Shown one piece after another: positions 1 through 8,319 of a stretch of DNA of 64,000 nucleotides. Source of the DNA: Patescibacteria group bacterium (GTDB taxonomy: Bacteria; Patescibacteriota; Minisyncoccia; Phycocordibacterales; Phycocordibacteraceae); assembly GCA_040388985.1 (NCBI GenBank), contig JAZKAU010000001.1, positions 123,359-187,358 of the forward strand, given 5' to 3'. A program made the translations under genes and the position numbers. Within the stretch, counting starts at the first letter, position 1, and each line of letters starts with the position of its first letter. The notes under the pieces are model-generated. The model was not told the DNA's origin, did not search any database, and saw only the letters and a program-made list of their open reading frames with translations.

Positions 1-474
1 CTGAAGCTTTTTGAGGAACCGCCAGAGGGTGTCACGCTCATACTGGTCATTCCGTCGGCTGGGCTACTGCTCCCGACACTTCGTTCACGACTGCTGGACT
101 TGCCGGAAGGAGATGGAGGAACCGAGAGTCGCAAGTCGGAGGTTTCAGGAATCGCGCAGCGATTTCTGACTGCGGATGAAGACGAGCGCGAGAAGCTTAT
201 CGCAAAGCTGCTCGAACAAGCGAAGTCTGATAAGGATGAGACGAAGCAGCAAGCGCGCAGTAACGCTGTTTCGCTTATCGAAGGGCTCATGGTTGCCGCA
301 TATGCGCAGCTGGGGAGAGAGAACGACCCGGAAGAGAAGGAAGATCTGCGACTTTTCCTCGATGACCTCTCTGCCTTTCTTCCCATTCTCCACGCGCGCT
401 CCGCTCCGCTAAAGCTCATATTCGAGCATCTTCTTCTGGTTATCCCCAGAACCCTGACCCTGACCAAAGTTTGA
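1..474 (+). CDS. holB: AAA+ clamp-loader protein, most likely DNA polymerase III delta' subunit; C-terminal part only, 5' end lies outside the window
   Basis: The reading frame is open from nt 1 with no stop before the listed ATG at 100. The translation LKLFEEPPEGVTLILV...LLPTLRSRL matches the sensor-1 and SRC-type motifs of clamp-loader delta'/gamma subunits. About 115 aa follow the SRC motif, which fits delta' better than tau. Confidence 0.5.
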   Translation: MKLFEEPPEGVTLILVIPSAGLLLPTLRSRLLDLPEGDGGTESRKSEVSGIAQRFLTADEDEREKLIAKLLEQAKSDKDETKQQARSNAVSLIEGLMVAAYAQLGRENDPEEKEDLRLFLDDLSAFLPILHARSAPLKLIFEHLLLVIPRTLTLTKV

Positions 475-517
475 CTCTTTTAGAGGCATCTGGTATAAAG
501 TAGTTATTACCTTATAT

Positions 518-1636
518 ATGGCCGTAAAAACAACCAAATCCAAGTCGGTAGGCAAGAAGGCTCCGGTGAAGAAGGGCGTTAAAAAGCGCTCCACTACCAA
601 GCCGACGCTTACTAAGATGAGCTTTGACAGCAACAGTCTCGTCAAACATCTCCTCGCAGAAGTGCCCGATCGGGCGCGTGAAGTGCTTACCTACCGCTTC
701 GGCCTGGGAACGTCCGCTGAGCGCGAGACGCTCGAAGCCATCGGCGAGCGCTGGGGCATCACGCGCGAGCGCGTACGTCAGATAGAAGCGGCCGGCCTCG
801 AAGCTATCCGTAATTCCAAGGCCTTCAAGAATGCAAAGACCTCCTTCGACGAACTCTGCACTCATATGCACGCTCTCGGCGTCGTTATCGAAGAGGAAGA
901 GCTCCTGAACGGGCTTGCCACCGATGAGAAGGCTCGCAATCGTTTCCGCTTCCTCCTGGTTGTGGGGAGCAGCTTCTTCCGCGAACGCGAGACTGATGAC
1001 TTCTATGCGCGCTGGCACGTAGACGCGAAGACCGCGGACATCGTCCACGAAGCGCTTACGCGTCTCTATGCAGGACTCTCCGATACGGAAGTACTCGCCG
1101 AAGGCGAGATGATGGACCGTTTCCTCGATGAGCTTAAGGGCATTAATGACGCATACAAGAATGAGGAGGTACTCAAGCGCTGGCTCTCGCTCTCCAAGGT
1201 CATCTCGTCCAATCCGCTTTCGGAATGGGGTAAGGCGCAGGCGCCTGCAATCCGCACGAAGGGAATCCGAGACTACGCCTACCTCGTCATCAAGCGCGCG
1301 GGCGTGCCGATGCACTTCTCGGATGTCGCCAAGGCTATCGGCCAGCTTTTTGCCAAGGAAGCGCATGTCGCGACGACTCACAACGAGCTCATCAAGGACT
1401 CTCGCTTCGTGCTCGTAGGACGCGGTCTCTACGCGCTTTCTGAATGGGGCTTCTCTCCAGGCGTTGTTCGCGATGTCGTTCGCGACGTACTCGCTAAGGG
1501 CGGACCGCTTACGCGTGAGAAGGTCATCGAGGAAGTGAAGAAGGTCCGATACGTGAAGGACAACACCATCCTCGTGAATCTCAACGACCCGAAGCATTTC
1601 AAACGGAACAAGAACGGAACATACACTCTGGTGTAG
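518..1636 (+). CDS. Sigma-70 region-4 (HTH) domain protein with an N-terminal Lys/Ala/Pro-rich histone H1-like tail
   Basis: ATG at 518. The N-terminus is KSKSVGKKAPVKKGVKKRSTTKP, followed by ETLEAIGERWGITRERVRQIEAAGLEAIRN, a typical sigma-70 region-4 helix-turn-helix. A GNRA-loop hairpin terminator follows at 1661-1686. Confidence 0.6.
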   Translation: MAVKTTKSKSVGKKAPVKKGVKKRSTTKPTLTKMSFDSNSLVKHLLAEVPDRAREVLTYRFGLGTSAERETLEAIGERWGITRERVRQIEAAGLEAIRNSKAFKNAKTSFDELCTHMHALGVVIEEEELLNGLATDEKARNRFRFLLVVGSSFFRERETDDFYARWHVDAKTADIVHEALTRLYAGLSDTEVLAEGEMMDRFLDELKGINDAYKNEEVLKRWLSLSKVISSNPLSEWGKAQAPAIRTKGIRDYAYLVIKRAGVPMHFSDVAKAIGQLFAKEAHVATTHNELIKDSRFVLVGRGLYALSEWGFSPGVVRDVVRDVLAKGGPLTREKVIEEVKKVRYVKDNTILVNLNDPKHFKRNKNGTYTLV

Positions 1637-1702
1637 CACTTCGCTCTACGAATACACAAGAAGAGCGCGCCGAAAGGCGCGCTCTTGTCGTATACTAAGC
1701 GC

Positions 1703-3097
1703 ATGGCAGATAGTCACGGCAAAGGGGGCTTGCCGCTCATGGGGCTGGCAGTAGCTATCCAGCACAAGCTTCACGATCAGGGCTACCACATGCGGGCGCG
1801 CCCGCTCATCATTCTTTTCACCATCCTCAACGTGGGGTTCTTATTCTGGGACCCGTATCAGACGCTCCGCAACTACGAGCTCCTCGGATTCTTCTCGCCG
1901 CTCTGGGTGCCATATATATTCGGCCGCTTCGCCTTCATCCGATTCGTACAGTCCAGGCGTGCCAATTTCATCGCGAATCAGAACTTTATCCTGCTCGAGC
2001 TGCGCATGCCACGCGACAGCAAGAAGACGCCGCTCGCGATGGAGACGATATTCTCGGCCCTGCACGTGACCTCGGGAGAGACGACCTGGTGGAAGAAATA
2101 CATCCTCGGGAACCTGCGTCCTTGGTTCTCGTTCGAGATAGTATCGCTCGGCGGCCGCATCCACTTCTATGTATGGCTGCGCGAAGGCTGGCGGCGCAGC
2201 CTTGAGAGCTTCTTCTACGGACAGTATCCGGATATGGAGATAATCGAAGCTGAAGACTATAGCCGACTCGTGGATCCTGTGGCTCCGGGCTGGAGCAGAT
2301 TCGGCAACGAGTTCGCCCATACAAAGGTCGATCCATATCCCATAAAGACATACGTCGACTATGGGCTTGATAAGGCAGGCGCAGAGCCTGAGGAAATAAC
2401 CGACCCGATGGCTCAGCTCATCGAATTCCTGGGCTCCATAGGTCCGAAAGAACAGCTCTGGCTCCAATTCATCATCCGACAGACCGGAGGTGAGAAATAC
2501 GAAGGAATGGTGAACAAGGAGGGAAAGCCGTATACGTGGAGAGACGAAGCCACTGCGGAGATAGATAAGCTGCGCGCAGCAACGGTGCGCATCATGAAGA
2601 GGACCGATCCTACGACGGGTCAGACGATAGAATCCGAAGGCTTCCCGAATCCTTCCAAGGGCCAGTCGGAGATGATAAACGCAATCGAGCGCAACATCAG
2701 CAAGCAGGGATTCGATGTCGGCATCCGCTCTATATACACCGCACCCGACGACTCATTCCAAGGAAGCATGATCACTCCTATCCTTCACTCGATGTTCAAG
2801 CCGTTTAATAACGAGAGCTATAACGGCATCAAGCTTCTCGCGAAGTTCTCCGCAGGCTTCAACGACTATCCGTGGGAGGATGTCGGCATGCATCACCGGC
2901 ACCATCTGGAGGAGCTCCTCGTTGAGTTTTACCGTAGGCGCTGTTACTTCCATCCGCCGTACGTCGGTCCCTGGATGGTCATGAGCAGCGAGGAACTCGC
3001 GACCATCTACCACGTGCCGGGTGCCCATATCGCGACCCCGAGCCTGCCGCGTATCCAGTCGGCCACGAGCGGCGCGCCGTCAAACCTTCCGACATAG
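1703..3097 (+). CDS. Hypothetical protein (about 465 aa) with an N-terminal membrane segment and conserved-looking His-rich motifs (HHRHH)
   Basis: Long ORF. The track start at 1685 is a TTG; an ATG at 1703 (MADSHGKGG) lies 7 nt after a TATACT box. Hydrophobic stretch near the N-terminus. No recognisable family from sequence alone. Confidence 0.55.
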   Translation: MADSHGKGGLPLMGLAVAIQHKLHDQGYHMRARPLIILFTILNVGFLFWDPYQTLRNYELLGFFSPLWVPYIFGRFAFIRFVQSRRANFIANQNFILLELRMPRDSKKTPLAMETIFSALHVTSGETTWWKKYILGNLRPWFSFEIVSLGGRIHFYVWLREGWRRSLESFFYGQYPDMEIIEAEDYSRLVDPVAPGWSRFGNEFAHTKVDPYPIKTYVDYGLDKAGAEPEEITDPMAQLIEFLGSIGPKEQLWLQFIIRQTGGEKYEGMVNKEGKPYTWRDEATAEIDKLRAATVRIMKRTDPTTGQTIESEGFPNPSKGQSEMINAIERNISKQGFDVGIRSIYTAPDDSFQGSMITPILHSMFKPFNNESYNGIKLLAKFSAGFNDYPWEDVGMHHRHHLEELLVEFYRRRCYFHPPYVGPWMVMSSEELATIYHVPGAHIATPSLPRIQSATSGAPSNLPT

Positions 3098-3101
3098 CGA
3101 T

Positions 3102-4097
3102 ATGGGGCTTCATTTCCTTAAACCGTATATCGCGGGCCTGCGCGCGCTATCCTATAGCAGACGCCTGATTGTCGTCGGTCTTCTTCTCTTTACGCTCATT
3201 ACGTTCGGCGTCGCCTGGAGGTTCTCAGCGCCGCCCGCATTCCCGACCGACGCGCTCATCACCATCCCCGCTGACTCCTCCGCACGCGACTTCGCGCGGA
3301 TACTCAAGTCGGACGGTGTCATCCGTTCATCGTCTGCCTTCCTGATTCTCGCGCGGATAAGCGGACTTGATCATAGCCTTGACCCGGGCACGTATGTCTT
3401 CAAAGAACCGATGAACGTGACCGGCATCGTCTCGTATATCGGCCATGGCCGGCACGGCATAAGTCCCGCGCGCGTTACGCTAACTGAGGGCATGACGACG
3501 AGCGACATCGCAATAACGCTCGACGAGAACGTACCAGGTTTCGACAAGCCAGCCTTTCTCACAGCCGCCTCAACCAGCGAGGGGTACCTCTTTCCGGACA
3601 CCTATTTCTTTATGCCCGGCGAGAGCCCGGACGACGTCGTGGTGCGACTTCGTTCGCGCTTCAGCGAGCAGATAGCGACCATAACGCCTGAGATCCTAGC
3701 TTCTCCGCACTCCTTCAGCGACGTCGTCATCATGGCTTCAATTCTCGAACGGGAGGCGAAGACGCTTACCGATAAGCGCATGGTCGCCGGCATTCTCTGG
3801 AATCGCATACGCAAAGGCCTTCCGCTTCAGGTTGATGCTGCCTTCGGCTATATCCACGATGAGAACGGCTATACGCCGACTGCTCTCGACCTGCAGTCGG
3901 ACTCCCCCTACAACACCTACAGGAATAAGGGGCTGCCGCCCGGCCCTATCTCAAATCCTGGGCTTGAATCTCTCCTTGCTGCCGTGACGCCGACCAAGAC
4001 CGATGATCTCTACTATCTGACCGGGCGCGACGGTCTCATGCATTACGCTAAGACATTCGAAGAGCATAAGAAGAATCGCGCGCTCTATCTCGATTAG
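3102..4097 (+). CDS. mltG: Endolytic murein transglycosylase MltG (YceG family)
   Basis: ATG at 3102 (MGLHFLKPY) followed by a single TM segment. The YceG-like domain carries LEREAKT...GILWNRIRKGLPLQVDAAFGY...YNTYRNKGLPPGPISNPG, typical of MltG. Confidence 0.8.
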   Translation: MGLHFLKPYIAGLRALSYSRRLIVVGLLLFTLITFGVAWRFSAPPAFPTDALITIPADSSARDFARILKSDGVIRSSSAFLILARISGLDHSLDPGTYVFKEPMNVTGIVSYIGHGRHGISPARVTLTEGMTTSDIAITLDENVPGFDKPAFLTAASTSEGYLFPDTYFFMPGESPDDVVVRLRSRFSEQIATITPEILASPHSFSDVVIMASILEREAKTLTDKRMVAGILWNRIRKGLPLQVDAAFGYIHDENGYTPTALDLQSDSPYNTYRNKGLPPGPISNPGLESLLAAVTPTKTDDLYYLTGRDGLMHYAKTFEEHKKNRALYLD

Positions 4098-4140
4098 TCT
4101 GCGGCTTTCTCCTTCACTTAGAGACGAGTATAGTGTCGTC

Positions 4141-5328
4141 ATGAATTTGAGTTTTAGCAGCCGTCCTAAGAGGCTTCTGAAAAACCCGATATACAAGGCG
4201 GAGCAGAACGAGGACTCGAGTCGTACTCAGGCGTACGATGAAAGTCCGAGTGATAGCGACAACGCAGTAGATCGGGGAATTTCAGGAGTCTCTGGCAAAA
4301 GGGTGTTCGTGGGACTTTCTGGCGGAGTCGACTCCGCCGTATCTGCAGCACTCATGCAGAAGGCAGGCGCAGCCGTTACCGGCGTATTCATCAAGGGCTG
4401 GTACCCGCCCGGCATGCCGTGTACGTGGGCACAGGAGCGACGCGACGCCATGCGCGTGGCCGCCTATCTGCGTATTCCATTTCGGACACTCGACGCCTCG
4501 AAAGAATATAAGGCCGGAGTCATCGACTATCTCTTGCGCGAATACAAGGCAGGACGCACCCCCAATCCCGACATCATGTGCAACCGGGATGTGAAATTCG
4601 GCGCCTTCTATGCGTATGCGATGCAGGAGGGCGCCGATTATATCGCTACCGGCCACTACGCGGAGATACGGCGTGACGAGAAGGGTGTGCATCTCCTGCG
4701 CGGTGCGGACGCCACGAAAGATCAGAGCTACTTCCTCTGGGCCGTACCGAAGGAAACGCTTGCGCAGACGCTTTTCCCTGTGGGCGGCATGCCAAAGGCC
4801 TCAGTGCGCGCGCAAGCGCGCGCACTGCGACTCCCGAACGCTGCCAAGCCTGACAGTCAGGGCATATGTTTCCTCGGCACGGTTTCCGTAGAGGATTTCT
4901 TGCGAAAGGAATTCGGAAGTACGCCCGGCAAGGCACTTAGCGTGGACGGAACGGAAGTTGGTACCCATGACGGCGTCGTACTTCGCACGCTCGGCGAGCG
5001 CGTGGCTCTGGCTGACGCTCCCCCCGGACCCTGGTACGTTCTGCGCAAGGATATGGAGACGAATACTTTGACCGTATCCCATGACAGAGAAGAGGAATCC
5101 GCAGAGGCTAAGCAATCGATCCAACTTCTTGATTCGAATTTCTTTACCGAGCCCAGGCCCGATATGCCACTTGAAGCGCAGTATCGCTATCACGGTCCGC
5201 GCATATCAGGAACGTTCGTGAACGGAGTCTTCACTGCCTCCGTGCCGCTTAGAGAGGCGGTTGCGAGCGGCCAGTCTCTTGTCCTCTATCTAGGGGAAGA
5301 ATGTATCGGGGGTGGTAGTATTAAGTGA
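4141..5328 (+). CDS. mnmA: tRNA-specific 2-thiouridylase MnmA with an approximately 55-aa N-terminal extension
   Basis: Carries the PP-loop VGLSGGVDSAV, plus CNRDVKFGAFY, YIATGHYA and KDQSYFLW, which are MnmA signature segments. The first ATG is at 4141, well upstream of the conserved core. Confidence 0.8.
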   Translation: MNLSFSSRPKRLLKNPIYKAEQNEDSSRTQAYDESPSDSDNAVDRGISGVSGKRVFVGLSGGVDSAVSAALMQKAGAAVTGVFIKGWYPPGMPCTWAQERRDAMRVAAYLRIPFRTLDASKEYKAGVIDYLLREYKAGRTPNPDIMCNRDVKFGAFYAYAMQEGADYIATGHYAEIRRDEKGVHLLRGADATKDQSYFLWAVPKETLAQTLFPVGGMPKASVRAQARALRLPNAAKPDSQGICFLGTVSVEDFLRKEFGSTPGKALSVDGTEVGTHDGVVLRTLGERVALADAPPGPWYVLRKDMETNTLTVSHDREEESAEAKQSIQLLDSNFFTEPRPDMPLEAQYRYHGPRISGTFVNGVFTASVPLREAVASGQSLVLYLGEECIGGGSIK

Positions 5329-5453
5329 GTTGGTCGAAAAGGTTCCAGATACGAGGAAGGGCAAGGAAAGATTCGGAGGCGTACGGGTTAGTACGGTGAG
5401 AATCTTGACGAAGTCCTGACAACGTAGATGGACATTTTAGGCCTGCTCACTCT

Positions 5454-6314
5454 ATGCCTGACATCGTAAAAACAGACGGAAGTGTCGAAGCCTGGGACAG
5501 TTCGAAGCTGGTCCGCTCGCTCGTTCGCGCAGGCGCGAGCGAGACGACCGCTGAGCGCATCCGGGAAACCATCGAAGCCACCATCGCCCCTACCGAGCAG
5601 AGCTCGCAGATATACCGCAGAGCTTTCACCATGCTGCGGCAGGAAGCACGCTCGACTGCAGCGCGCTATAGCCTGCGCCGTGCGCTCTTCGAATTCGGTC
5701 CCTCGGGACATCCCTTCGAGGACTTCGTGTCCGAGCTCTTCAAGAGCGAAGGATGGGAGGTGCAGCCTCGCCAGATCCTGCAAGGGAAGTGCGTACCGCA
5801 CGAAGTGGACGTATATGCGATACGAAATGGTGAACACCTCGCGGCAGAGCTCAAGTATCACAATGATCCAGGGTATAAGACGGACGTGAAGATCGCGCTC
5901 TACGTAAAGGCGCGTATGGATGATATCTGGGCAGGGGACGGGCATGTGGCTGGTAGTAAACGAGTCGACCACGGCTTCCTCATCACGAATACGAAATTCA
6001 CCCGGCAGGCAATTGACTACGCAACCTGCTCGAGTCTCTCGCTACTGGGTTGGAGCTATCCGCATCAAGGCAATCTCTATGACCGCATCGTCGCTTCAGG
6101 ACTCTATCCCATCACCGCGCTCACGACGCTGCGCAAGGCAGAGAAGCGCCTCCTTATCGATCAGAACATCATCACGACCGAACTCCTGCGCGAACATCGG
6201 CAGGTCTTGCGCGAACTCGGCGTCTCAAGCGAGCGCGTGGGCGCCATCGTCGCCGAGATAGAGACCCTTCGCGATACGTCAAAGGACGTAATCCTCCACC
6301 ACGCGGCATCATAA
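5454..6314 (+). CDS. ATP-cone domain fused to an Mrr-type (PD-(D/E)XK) restriction-endonuclease-like domain
   Basis: The N-terminus IVKTDGSVEAWDSSKLVRSLVRAGA matches the ATP-cone pattern. The central FEDFVSELFKSEGWEV...HEVDVYAIRNGEHLAAELKYHN carries the D...(E)xK core of Mrr_cat-type nucleases. Confidence 0.55.
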   Translation: MPDIVKTDGSVEAWDSSKLVRSLVRAGASETTAERIRETIEATIAPTEQSSQIYRRAFTMLRQEARSTAARYSLRRALFEFGPSGHPFEDFVSELFKSEGWEVQPRQILQGKCVPHEVDVYAIRNGEHLAAELKYHNDPGYKTDVKIALYVKARMDDIWAGDGHVAGSKRVDHGFLITNTKFTRQAIDYATCSSLSLLGWSYPHQGNLYDRIVASGLYPITALTTLRKAEKRLLIDQNIITTELLREHRQVLRELGVSSERVGAIVAEIETLRDTSKDVILHHAAS

Positions 6315-6332
6315 TTCTCATTACTTCCATGG

Positions 6333-6472
6333 CCCGGTATGACAACATGGCATCGTGCATTTTCGCTGGTGTACACTAGGAGCATGAGACGCGTTTTAAA
6401 CAAAGAACTTCAGCGTATGGAACTATATTGCGAAGTCACGCACACCAGCAATGCCATGTTGTCATAACCGGG
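6333..6472 (+). promoter_or_regulatory. Long imperfect hairpin (about 21-bp outer stem with a 1-nt bulge plus an inner extension) in the leader of the downstream nuclease gene. It contains a 27-codon uORF (6384-6467) and its 3' arm ends 2 nt before the ATG at 6474
   Basis: CCCGGTATGACAACATGGCAT (6333-6353) is complementary to ATGCCATGTTGTCATAACCGGG (6451-6472). Inner pairs are GCATT/AATGC and GCTGGTGT/ACACCAGC. The uORF begins aggagcATG and stops at TAA 6465-6467. Confidence 0.5.
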
Positions 6473-6473
6473 T

Positions 6474-7250
6474 ATGGCCTTCGAATACAAACTCAAATGG
6501 GAGAAAGGTCGCTTTGATCCCAAAAGTACGGAGCCCTATACGCTCTCACGCTCGAAGGTGGAGTTCTTTCTCGAGTGCCCGCGCTGCTTCTGGCTCGAAG
6601 CACGCTACGGCATAGGCCGCCCCTCCTCTTTCCCATTCACCCTCAATAACGTCGTGGACGAGCTCTTTAAGAAGGAATTCGACATCCTACGTGCAGGAGG
6701 TAAGAAGCATCCCTTGATGGAGACCTACGGCATCGACGCCATACCTATGAAGCATGAGAAACTCGAAGAGTGGCGCGATGCCTTCAAGCGCGGCGTGAAG
6801 GCGCATCACGCGGAAAGCAACATCACGCTTCGCGGCGGCATCGACGACGTATGGCAGGCGCCGAGCGGCGCGCTCCACATCGTCGACTACAAGGCAACCG
6901 GCGGCAAGGAAGAGGTAACGCTCGACGAGGAGTGGAAGGACTCGTACAAGCGTCAGGTGGAGATCTATCAGTGGCTCTTCCGCCATAACGGCTTTACTGT
7001 TTCTCCTATCGCTTATTTCGTATACGCGAACGCTCAGAACGACAGGGAGGCCTTCGATGGCAAGCTCGAATTTGATATCACCATCCTCCCATACGAGGGC
7101 GACGACTCCTGGGTAGATGGCGCGCTTACGGACATAAAGGCCTGTCTCGTGAATGATGAGATTCCAAAGCCAGGGAAACGCTGCGAATACTGCCCGTACC
7201 GCGAATATGCCGGCAAGAAGCTCCTCGAACTTCATAAAGCCAAGAAGTGA
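6474..7250 (+). CDS. Cas4/RecB-like PD-(D/E)XK nuclease with Fe-S cluster cysteines (DUF83-like)
   Basis: N-terminal CPRCF. Motifs GGIDDV, IVDYK and QVEIYQ (the QxxxY motif) are present. The C-terminus has C-x14-C-x2-C (KACLV...CEYCPY), typical of Cas4-family 4Fe-4S nuclease domains. No cas genes are nearby. Confidence 0.6.
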   Translation: MAFEYKLKWEKGRFDPKSTEPYTLSRSKVEFFLECPRCFWLEARYGIGRPSSFPFTLNNVVDELFKKEFDILRAGGKKHPLMETYGIDAIPMKHEKLEEWRDAFKRGVKAHHAESNITLRGGIDDVWQAPSGALHIVDYKATGGKEEVTLDEEWKDSYKRQVEIYQWLFRHNGFTVSPIAYFVYANAQNDREAFDGKLEFDITILPYEGDDSWVDGALTDIKACLVNDEIPKPGKRCEYCPYREYAGKKLLELHKAKK

Positions 7251-7337
7251 TTTATATTCTTTTATCCCCATCGAACACAGCTTGACAACTTTACATATTG
7301 AAGTATTGTTATATAGGGAACCATGGGAGGCAAGACT

Positions 7338-7571
7338 ATGTTCCGGAAACTCCTACTTGTAGCAGGGATATCGGTTTGCGCAAGCAGTACGTTGATTATG
7401 ACGTACACGCTGTGGACCGTTACTCCTCCGTCTCCGTTTCCGCTCTCACAAGCGAAAGCGGAGCAGACATGCCCGCGCAACAGTGCTGAACTGACGACTG
7501 CTCACGACTCGAGCGGATCCTATCAGGTCTACATCTGTGGCGACGGCAGCAGAATCGACGCGTTCGAATGA
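7338..7571 (+). CDS. Small secreted protein (signal peptide, 77 aa), hypothetical
   Basis: GGGAGG lies 7 nt upstream of the ATG at 7338. MFRKLLLVAGISVCASS is signal-peptide-like. A hairpin follows at 7588-7610. Confidence 0.45.
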   Translation: MFRKLLLVAGISVCASSTLIMTYTLWTVTPPSPFPLSQAKAEQTCPRNSAELTTAHDSSGSYQVYICGDGSRIDAFE

Positions 7572-7587
7572 CGTCGAAGAAAGAGAG

Positions 7588-7610
7588 GGCGGTCCGCGAT
7601 GCGGTCCGCC
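7588..7610 (+). terminator. Hairpin followed by a T-rich stretch (putative terminator)
   Basis: GGCGGTCCGC gat GCGGTCCGCC (one mismatch), then cctcctttattggtatacttttt. Confidence 0.4.
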
Positions 7611-7635
7611 CCTCCTTTATTGGTATACTTTTTAT

Positions 7636-8310
7636 ATGGATGTGAAGCTAGAGCCATCATGGAAGAAGGCGCTTGAAAGCGAATTCGGGGAGAAATATTT
7701 TCAAGAGCTGACTAATTTTGTAAAGCAAGAGTATCTGGAAGCGAAGGTGTATCCGAAGCCTGCGAACATTTTCAAGGCCTTCGAACTGACGCCCTTTGAT
7801 AAAGTTAAGGTAGTTATCCTCGGCCAGGATCCGTATCACGGTCCCAAACAGGCCATCGGCCTATCGTTCGCGGTAGAGAGCGATATGCCGCTCCCGCCGT
7901 CGCTTCGTAATATCTATAAGGAACTCCAGAACGATCTCGGAAAGCCGCTCGTACATACTGACGGCGACTTATCCCGATGGGCCAAGCAGGGCGTATTACT
8001 CCTTAACGCGACGCTTACCGTGAGGGCCAGCAGCGCCGGCTCGCACCAAGGAAAGGGTTGGGAACGGTTCACCGATGCTGCCATCAAGGCGCTCTCAGAT
8101 TCGCGCGAGCATCTCGTATTCATACTCTGGGGAAACTATGCGAGACAGAAGGCAGGCGCCGGCCTTATCGACCGCAACAAGCATCTGGTGATCGAGTCTG
8201 CGCACCCGTCGCCCTTCAGTGCCGCTAACGGCTTCTTCGGCAGCAAGCCGTTCAGCAGAGCAAACGAGTATCTAGAGGAGCACGAAGAGAAGCCTATAGA
8301 CTGGCTCTAA
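7636..8310 (+). CDS. ung: Uracil-DNA glycosylase (family 1)
   Basis: ATG at 7636 is 6 nt after a TATACT box. Carries KVVILGQDPYHGPKQAIGLSF and LLLNATLTVRA...HPSPFSA, the Ung catalytic motifs. Confidence 0.85.
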   Translation: MDVKLEPSWKKALESEFGEKYFQELTNFVKQEYLEAKVYPKPANIFKAFELTPFDKVKVVILGQDPYHGPKQAIGLSFAVESDMPLPPSLRNIYKELQNDLGKPLVHTDGDLSRWAKQGVLLLNATLTVRASSAGSHQGKGWERFTDAAIKALSDSREHLVFILWGNYARQKAGAGLIDRNKHLVIESAHPSPFSAANGFFGSKPFSRANEYLEEHEEKPIDWL

Positions 8311-8319
8311 GCAGGTGAG

